Part shown: piece after piece, positions 59,027-64,000 of the stretch | How positions within the stretch are numbered: position 1 is the first letter of the stretch | Layout: each line of letters starts with the position of its first letter | Assembly (NCBI GenBank): GCA_038045705.1 | Contig: JBBSXO010000003.1 | Coordinates: 96,001 to 160,000 of the forward strand | DNA: 64,000 bases | Origin: Nanobdellota archaeon | GTDB lineage: Archaea > Nanobdellota > Nanobdellia > Pacearchaeales > GW2011-AR1 | Direction of reading: 5' to 3' | Notes under the pieces: model-generated | Seen by the model: only the letters and a program-made list of their open reading frames with translations | Database searches by the model: none | Told to the model about the DNA's origin: nothing | Made by a program: the position numbers and the translations under genes

Positions 59027-59605
59027 TTATCTTCTAAACTTTCCCTTTATCTTCGAAAGTGTAGAATCATGTTTCTTATTGAACCTAAGAGCCACCCAAA
59101 TCAAAACAATCAACAAAACAAATAGTAAAAGGAATCTCCAACTATCTGTGAAGTTTCTCCAATTCTTAACAACACCATAAAATACAGACCAAATTCCAGA
59201 AGCCATTAAAGCGCTTCCGACAGGTTCAGTTGAAAGTAAAAATAACCCAGCTACAAAAACTAAAATACCTACCAATATAGCAATGATAAAAACTCTCTGT
59301 GAATGCTTATCAAGAGCATTTTCATAATCTATACTGCAACCATCACAATATCCATCAATAGCACAGCCATTAGAGTCATATTCATAAACAAATTGTCCCT
59401 TAGACTCCCAACACTGCTCAGCCTTAGTTTGCAAATCAGGAAGATTAGAACATGAAGTAGGTTCTTTGATTCCTATAGGACCAGCATGATTCGTACAAAA
59501 ATCATCCCATTGAGGAGTAGGATAAAAAGTCTCTAGACCCTGAAAAAGGGAAAGAGCAAACACAATAAATATACCCAATCCTAAAATAAACTTCTTGAAT
59601 TTCAC
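59027..59605 (-). CDS. Membrane protein with Cys-rich extracellular loop
   Basis: Four TM segments with a Cys-rich loop after TM1. Confidence 0.75.
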   Translation of the reverse strand: MKFKKFILGLGIFIVFALSLFQGLETFYPTPQWDDFCTNHAGPIGIKEPTSCSNLPDLQTKAEQCWESKGQFVYEYDSNGCAIDGYCDGCSIDYENALDKHSQRVFIIAILVGILVFVAGLFLLSTEPVGSALMASGIWSVFYGVVKNWRNFTDSWRFLLLFVLLIVLIWVALRFNKKHDSTLSKIKGKFRR

Positions 59606-59656
59606 AAGATACTAAGATAAATCAAATTTATAAACCTTCATAAGCCTTCAAATTAA

Positions 59657-60067
59657 ATGGAATCATATGAACAAATGTTAGAATCTGCATATAAAAAAAT
59701 AAAAGTAGTTCAAACTTCAGGAGACAGATTTGAAATTCCTAAAGTCCAAGGAAAAGTCCAAGGTAAAAATACATTCATCACAAACATTAACGAAATAGCT
59801 TCTTATATAAGAAGACCTGTAGAGCATTTAGCAAAATTCCTTCAAAAAGAGCTTGCAGTTTCAGGATTATTAGAAAAAGACAGATTGATGCTAAAAACAA
59901 TGTTAAATTCAACAAAAGTAAATGAAAAGGTAGAAGTTTATGTAAAAGAGTTTGTAACTTGTACTGAATGTAAGAAACCAGACACTGAAGTAATAACTGA
60001 AAAGGGTATAAAGTTCAAACACTGTTTGGCCTGTGGAGCTAAATCTCCAATCAGATATAATTTGTAA
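59657..60067 (+). CDS. eif2b: Translation initiation factor aIF2 beta subunit
   Basis: RFEIP, CTECKKPDT, CLACGA. Confidence 0.96.
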   Translation: MESYEQMLESAYKKIKVVQTSGDRFEIPKVQGKVQGKNTFITNINEIASYIRRPVEHLAKFLQKELAVSGLLEKDRLMLKTMLNSTKVNEKVEVYVKEFVTCTECKKPDTEVITEKGIKFKHCLACGAKSPIRYNL

Positions 60068-60181
60068 ATGAAAATTGAAAAGAGAAGACATAGAAAACAA
60101 AGGATTTCAGATAATTTCTCTCAAATAACGCAGAAGAAACATTTAAAACAGCCCTAAATTTATGAGATACGGAGGTTAAAC

Positions 60182-60355
60182 ATGGCTAAACCAAAACAGG
60201 AGTTCTATGATGTTAAGACTAAAAACAAATTTAGTACTGATAATTATAAGCTCGTAGAAAGAAGTGGAAGATTCTTTATTGTTGCAAAATCCCCTACTGG
60301 AACCCACGAATGCTGGAGAGTAGTAGGAAAAGATGCAGCAGCAAAGCTAAAATAA
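60182..60355 (+). CDS. Small basic CC1-like chromatin protein (absent from the ORF track)
   Basis: MAKPKQEFYDVKTKNKFSTDNYKLVERSGRFFIVAKSPTGTHECWRVVGKDAAAKLK; SD GGAGGT; T-tract downstream. Confidence 0.75.
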   Translation: MAKPKQEFYDVKTKNKFSTDNYKLVERSGRFFIVAKSPTGTHECWRVVGKDAAAKLK

Positions 60356-60397
60356 TCAAATAAATTTTAATTTTTTTATATTTTATAATTAATTAAC

Positions 60398-60694
60398 ATG
60401 TGGGTAAAAATCCATTCATCCACAAGAAAAGTAATCGCTATATGTGATGAAGACTTATTAGGAAAGAAATTCGAACAAGGAATAAAACAATTAGATGTTA
60501 AAGAATCTTTCTTTAAAGGGGAAAAGATTCAAAAAGAAGACCTAATTCCATTAATGAAACATGAATTCAAAGAAGGTTCAACTTTTAACATTGTAGGAAA
60601 AGAATCAATTAAAACAGCTATAGAAGCTGGAATAATTGAAAAAAATAGTTCATTAAAAGTCAAGAATATACCTTTTATTTTAATAATCAACTGA
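60398..60694 (+). CDS. DUF424 family protein
   Basis: VIAICDEDLLGKKF, FFKG, NIVG. Confidence 0.88.
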   Translation: MWVKIHSSTRKVIAICDEDLLGKKFEQGIKQLDVKESFFKGEKIQKEDLIPLMKHEFKEGSTFNIVGKESIKTAIEAGIIEKNSSLKVKNIPFILIIN

Positions 60695-60786
60695 TTAGAT
60701 AAATTTTAAACATGGAGCAGGTGACTACGAAGGTTCAAAAAATTCTGACAGGAAGCTTTTAAAACCCTGTTCTTCCTAGAAAAAAT

Positions 60787-61167
60787 ATGCAAGAAGAAGA
60801 AGATAATGAGTTTGGAGATTTTGAAGAAATTCTAGATGACTCTCAAGAAGAGCAAGAAGAAACACCTGTAGAACAGGAAGGCTTCGTAAGAGCTCGCTGG
60901 CCAAAAAATGGTGAGATCATAGGAACCATAATTCAAAGATATGGTGGAAACAGGATGGAAGTTCTTACAACTGATGGAAAAACAAGAAATTGCAGAGTCC
61001 CAGGAAAATACAAAAGGCAATTATGGTTGAGACCAAAAGATATTATCTTGGTAAAGCTATGGGAATTTGATAAAGAAAAAGGAGATATAATATACAAATA
61101 CAAACCCAATGAAGTCACCCAACTAAAGAAAAAGGGACTTCTAAACGCCCTAACAACAGAATTCTAA
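60787..61167 (+). CDS. eif1a: Translation initiation factor aIF1A
   Basis: GGNRMEV..DGKTRNCRVPGK..LW, KGDIIYKY. Confidence 0.95.
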   Translation: MQEEEDNEFGDFEEILDDSQEEQEETPVEQEGFVRARWPKNGEIIGTIIQRYGGNRMEVLTTDGKTRNCRVPGKYKRQLWLRPKDIILVKLWEFDKEKGDIIYKYKPNEVTQLKKKGLLNALTTEF

Positions 61168-61661
61168 TGATTCTAATAGAAATATCTAGGAGAAAAGAAG
61201 TTTTAAAAAACAAAGACAAACTAGAAAAAAAATTAAACTGTAAGATACAAATAAAAGATAAAACTCTTTCAATAGATACAGATCCATTCAATGAATATGA
61301 AGCTCAAAGAGTTTTTGACGCAATAAATTTAGGGTTTTCTGTAGAAAAAGCGCTAAAAGTTCTAGATGAAGAGACAGGTTTCATAAAGATAAACGTAAAA
61401 GATTACGCAAATACAAAAAATTTAGAAGTTGTAAGAGGCAGATTAATAGGAACTCATGGTAAAACAAAAAAAACAATTGAAGAAATAACAAAATCCAACA
61501 TTTCAATTCATGATAATAATGTAGGGATAATTGGTCCAGCAGAAGTAACTGAAATGGCACTCACTGCAGTAACAAACATAATCAAAGGAACAAAACAGGC
61601 AAATGCCTATAAATATCTAGAAAAAATAAACACTCAAAAAAAGAAAATAAAAATTAAATAA
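61167..61661 (+). CDS. KH-domain pre-rRNA processing protein (Dim2/Pno1/Krr1-like)
   Basis: AINLGFS, RGRLIGTHGKT; typical position after aIF1A. Confidence 0.9.
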   Translation: MILIEISRRKEVLKNKDKLEKKLNCKIQIKDKTLSIDTDPFNEYEAQRVFDAINLGFSVEKALKVLDEETGFIKINVKDYANTKNLEVVRGRLIGTHGKTKKTIEEITKSNISIHDNNVGIIGPAEVTEMALTAVTNIIKGTKQANAYKYLEKINTQKKKIKIK

Positions 61662-61677
61662 AATTAAAGCTCAGATG

Positions 61678-61755
61678 TTATCTGCGTTTAGCTTTACTTC
61701 TGGAAGATTTCTTCGCAGAAGATCTGCTTGCAGATTTCTTAGCCTTTTTCTTCAT
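61678..61755 (-). CDS. 25-aa Lys/Ser/Ala/Arg micro-protein (absent from the ORF track)
   Basis: MKKKAKKSASRSSAKKSSRSKAKRR*; GAGGT upstream of GTG-ATG; TATA-like site further upstream. Confidence 0.6.
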   Translation of the reverse strand: MKKKAKKSASRSSAKKSSRSKAKRR

Positions 61756-61911
61756 CACTAGATCATATACCTCTTTCACAAGAAAAAGCACAACTTATAT
61801 TTAAAAGTATGCCAAATTTTTTGAAAAAAATAATTTTTATTTTTTAGACAAAATATTTACCGTCGAGAAAAAATTTAATAAATTTTTATAAGAGTTCTTA
61901 AAAAAATAAAA

Positions 61912-62982
61912 TCAAGCAACTTCTGCTACAACAAGATCAACAAAAAGATTTTCTCTACCTTGACCAACAGTTACTGGATGCCAAGGCATTCTTTCATAGC
62001 GATCAACTATATTAGCACCATCAATTTTTTTTACAGCATCCTTTAAAGAATAAACTCTTCTCTTTTCAGGAAGACAACTCATAGTAGTCTTACCTACTTT
62101 AAAATCATACTGAAATGGCATACATTGTCCTAAAACAACTGTACCCTCCTTCTTAACAACCCTACTAATCTCAGCTAAAACCTAGTCAGGATCGCGAACT
62201 CTATCTAAAGCATTAAACATCAAGACTAAATCGAAAAATTTATCTCTCAAAGGAACATTGTGAGCATCTGCAATTGCATAAAATGTAGAAGAGTATTGAT
62301 CATGTTCCATAGCAGCACGAACCATTCCATAAGAATAATCAAATCCAACAGATCTTTCAAAATTTCCTTCTCTAACTAACTGCTGAAGATTAGCACCATT
62401 ACCCATGGCAAGTTCTACAATATTTCCTTTCTTTGGAAGAACTTTTCTTACTTTAAGTGGCAACTCAAAGTTTCCAGCATAATCTCTCATAGATTCTAAT
62501 TCAGCCTCATATCGAGCTTGGTGTAAAGCTCCAGTTAATTGACCTAAGAAGTGATCATCACTATTATTTTTGCATTTCTGAACGATTTTATTAAACAGAC
62601 TGGAAACAAGCTTAACTCCTTGAGCAGTTATTCTTCTATCAGACTCATAACATTCATTAGGAAGTCCACTTTCAATAATCTTTCTAATATGAGATAGAAT
62701 TCCTCTACTCATTCCAAAAGTAGCGTTAAGAAGAAAAGAATTTAAATCATCAGCGCTAATTCCAATAGATAATCCATCTAAATTTACATCTAATCCTTTT
62801 TTTGCAATTCTTTTAAAGGGGGCTGAAGATGAATTTCTTGTCTGCAAGGGCAAAAGATTAGTAATTCCATTTGTTGGAGAATATTCCTGATCTCGACAAA
62901 AATAAGTGCCTGAAGAGTTGCCTGAAAAAGGATTTTTACAATCAGGACATGCTAAAATTTCAAGAGCAGAATCAGATTTCAT
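61912..62982 (-). pseudogene. Class I SAM-dependent methyltransferase interrupted by one in-frame TAG (62182-62184)
   Basis: N-terminal LACPDC; VELAMGNG, ADAHNVPL..FDLV, LDRVRDPD*VLAEISRVVKKEG continuing in frame. Confidence 0.8.
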
Positions 62983-63081
62983 AACTACTTTATTTTTAAT
63001 TAGTTTAAAAGAATTTCTATATTTTCAGTTAAAAGTCAATTAAAAAACATTTAAATAACATAAAATGGCTCTTAATTTCAA

Positions 63082-63179
63082 GTCCCGGTAGCTCAGCAGG
63101 TACGAGCGCGCGGCTGTTACAAGTTCGTAAAGATCTTGAAGAAACCGTGAGGTCGGAGGTTCGAGCCCTCCCCGGGACG
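63082..63179 (+). tRNA. tRNA-Asn(GTT) with 24-nt intron at position 37/38 (63120-63143)
   Basis: Acceptor gtcccgg/ccgggac; cgcgg-ctGTTa[intron]a-ccgtg; relaxed bulge-helix-bulge. Confidence 0.9.
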
Positions 63180-63232
63180 TACCATTTTAAGGATACAACA
63201 AATATATTTTAATTAGATAACTGTAAAAATAA

Positions 63233-63547
63233 GTGAAAGAAAAAAGAACATATGCTGATAGAAGAAAATATATGATTCAAGCAGTAACAAAAAGAAGAAA
63301 ATTAATGCGTTTGAAAGCAATTGAACACGCAGGAGGGAAATGTATTCGCTGTGGCTACAACAAATATCCAGAAGTCCTAGAATTTCATCATCGAAACCCT
63401 GCTGAAAAATTATTTAATATATCTCTAAAAGGACATTGTAGAAGTTGGGAAAGAATAAAAGCAGAAATAGAAAAATGTAATTTGGTCTGTGCAAATTGCC
63501 ATAGAGAGACCCATGTTGAAGAAAAATTAAAGAAAGTCATATCTTAA
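63233..63547 (+). CDS. Free-standing HNH endonuclease
   Basis: CIRCG, LEFHH, KCNLVCANCH. Confidence 0.88.
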   Translation: MKEKRTYADRRKYMIQAVTKRRKLMRLKAIEHAGGKCIRCGYNKYPEVLEFHHRNPAEKLFNISLKGHCRSWERIKAEIEKCNLVCANCHRETHVEEKLKKVIS

Positions 63548-63577
63548 AAGGCATTTATCTGAATAATTACTATAAAT

Positions 63578-64000
63578 ATGAAAAAACGCGTTCTTCTCGG
63601 GTTATCAGGAGGAGTAGATTCAGCAGTCGCAGCACTATTGTTGAAAAGACAAGGCTTCGAAGTAATAGGAGCATTTCTTAAATGCTTTTCAGAAGAAAAA
63701 AACAAAATAACTGGAGAATGTAATTATCTAGAAGATAAAAAAGAAGCACAAAAAATAGCCACAATACTAAATATTAAATTAATAGAACTAAACTATGAAA
63801 AAGAATACTCTAGACTTGTCATAAAACCTATGTTTAAGTCTTACGCTAAAGGCCTAACACCTAATCCAGACTCATTATGTAATACTATAATAAAATTCCC
63901 TTATCTTTGGAAAGAAGCAAAAAAGCATAACTGTAATTTCATAGCAACAGGACATTATATAAAGAAAATAAAAATGAAAGATAAATTTAATTTAAAAATC
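63578..64000 (+). CDS. mnmA: tRNA 2-thiouridylase MnmA (5' part, truncated by window end)
   Basis: LSGGVDS, TPNPDSLCN..IKF, IATGHY. Confidence 0.93.
   Translation, partial: MKKRVLLGLSGGVDSAVAALLLKRQGFEVIGAFLKCFSEEKNKITGECNYLEDKKEAQKIATILNIKLIELNYEKEYSRLVIKPMFKSYAKGLTPNPDSLCNTIIKFPYLWKEAKKHNCNFIATGHYIKKIKMKDKFNLKI

Noticed and set aside
60068-60157. 29-aa ORF MKIEKRRHRK... after aIF2-beta
   Set aside because: No recognisable homology, and it overlaps the likely promoter of the CC1-like gene.
627-61118. Numerous short antisense or alternate-frame ORFs in the track (e.g. 627-896, 8148-8447, 12623-13024, 49037-49360)
   Set aside because: They are shadows of well-supported genes, with no motifs or start signals.
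61800-61911. AT-rich tract as a replication origin
   Set aside because: No ORB-like repeats or cdc6/orc1 nearby; compatible with ordinary promoter/terminator sequence.
1-64000. CRISPR array, rRNA, IS elements
   Set aside because: No regularly spaced repeats, long GC-rich RNA genes or transposase ORFs were seen.

Overview
This is a low-GC archaeal chromosomal segment, most consistent with a DPANN (Pacearchaeota/Woesearchaeota-like) genome. That taxonomy is inferred from gene content, not from a search. Core archaeal informational genes are present: cdc48, map, topA, rpl15e, valS, aRF1, MCM, RPA, aIF2-beta, aIF1A, NAC and Sec61-beta. There are four tRNAs: Ile-GAT, Leu-TAG, Gly-CCC and an intron-containing Asn-GTT. 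The window also carries a type IV pilus locus, two vapBC toxin-antitoxin pairs, bacterial-type metG and mnmA, and several decayed gene remnants. Main observations: (1) a bacterial ECF sigma-70-like gene in an archaeon; (2) three large surface proteins with unrelated N-terminal passengers that share one C-terminal linker/Ca-repeat/'IRxxFW'-TM anchor; (3) a uORF plus nested hairpin leader on rpl15e; (4) two small genes missed by the ORF track, a CC1-like chromatin protein and a 25-aa protamine-like peptide; (5) a methyltransferase frame split by a single in-frame TAG; (6) a 62-bp exact repeat between the two cdc48 Walker A regions. No CRISPR array, rRNA, transposase, integrase or reverse transcriptase was seen. 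All family assignments come from motif recognition by eye.
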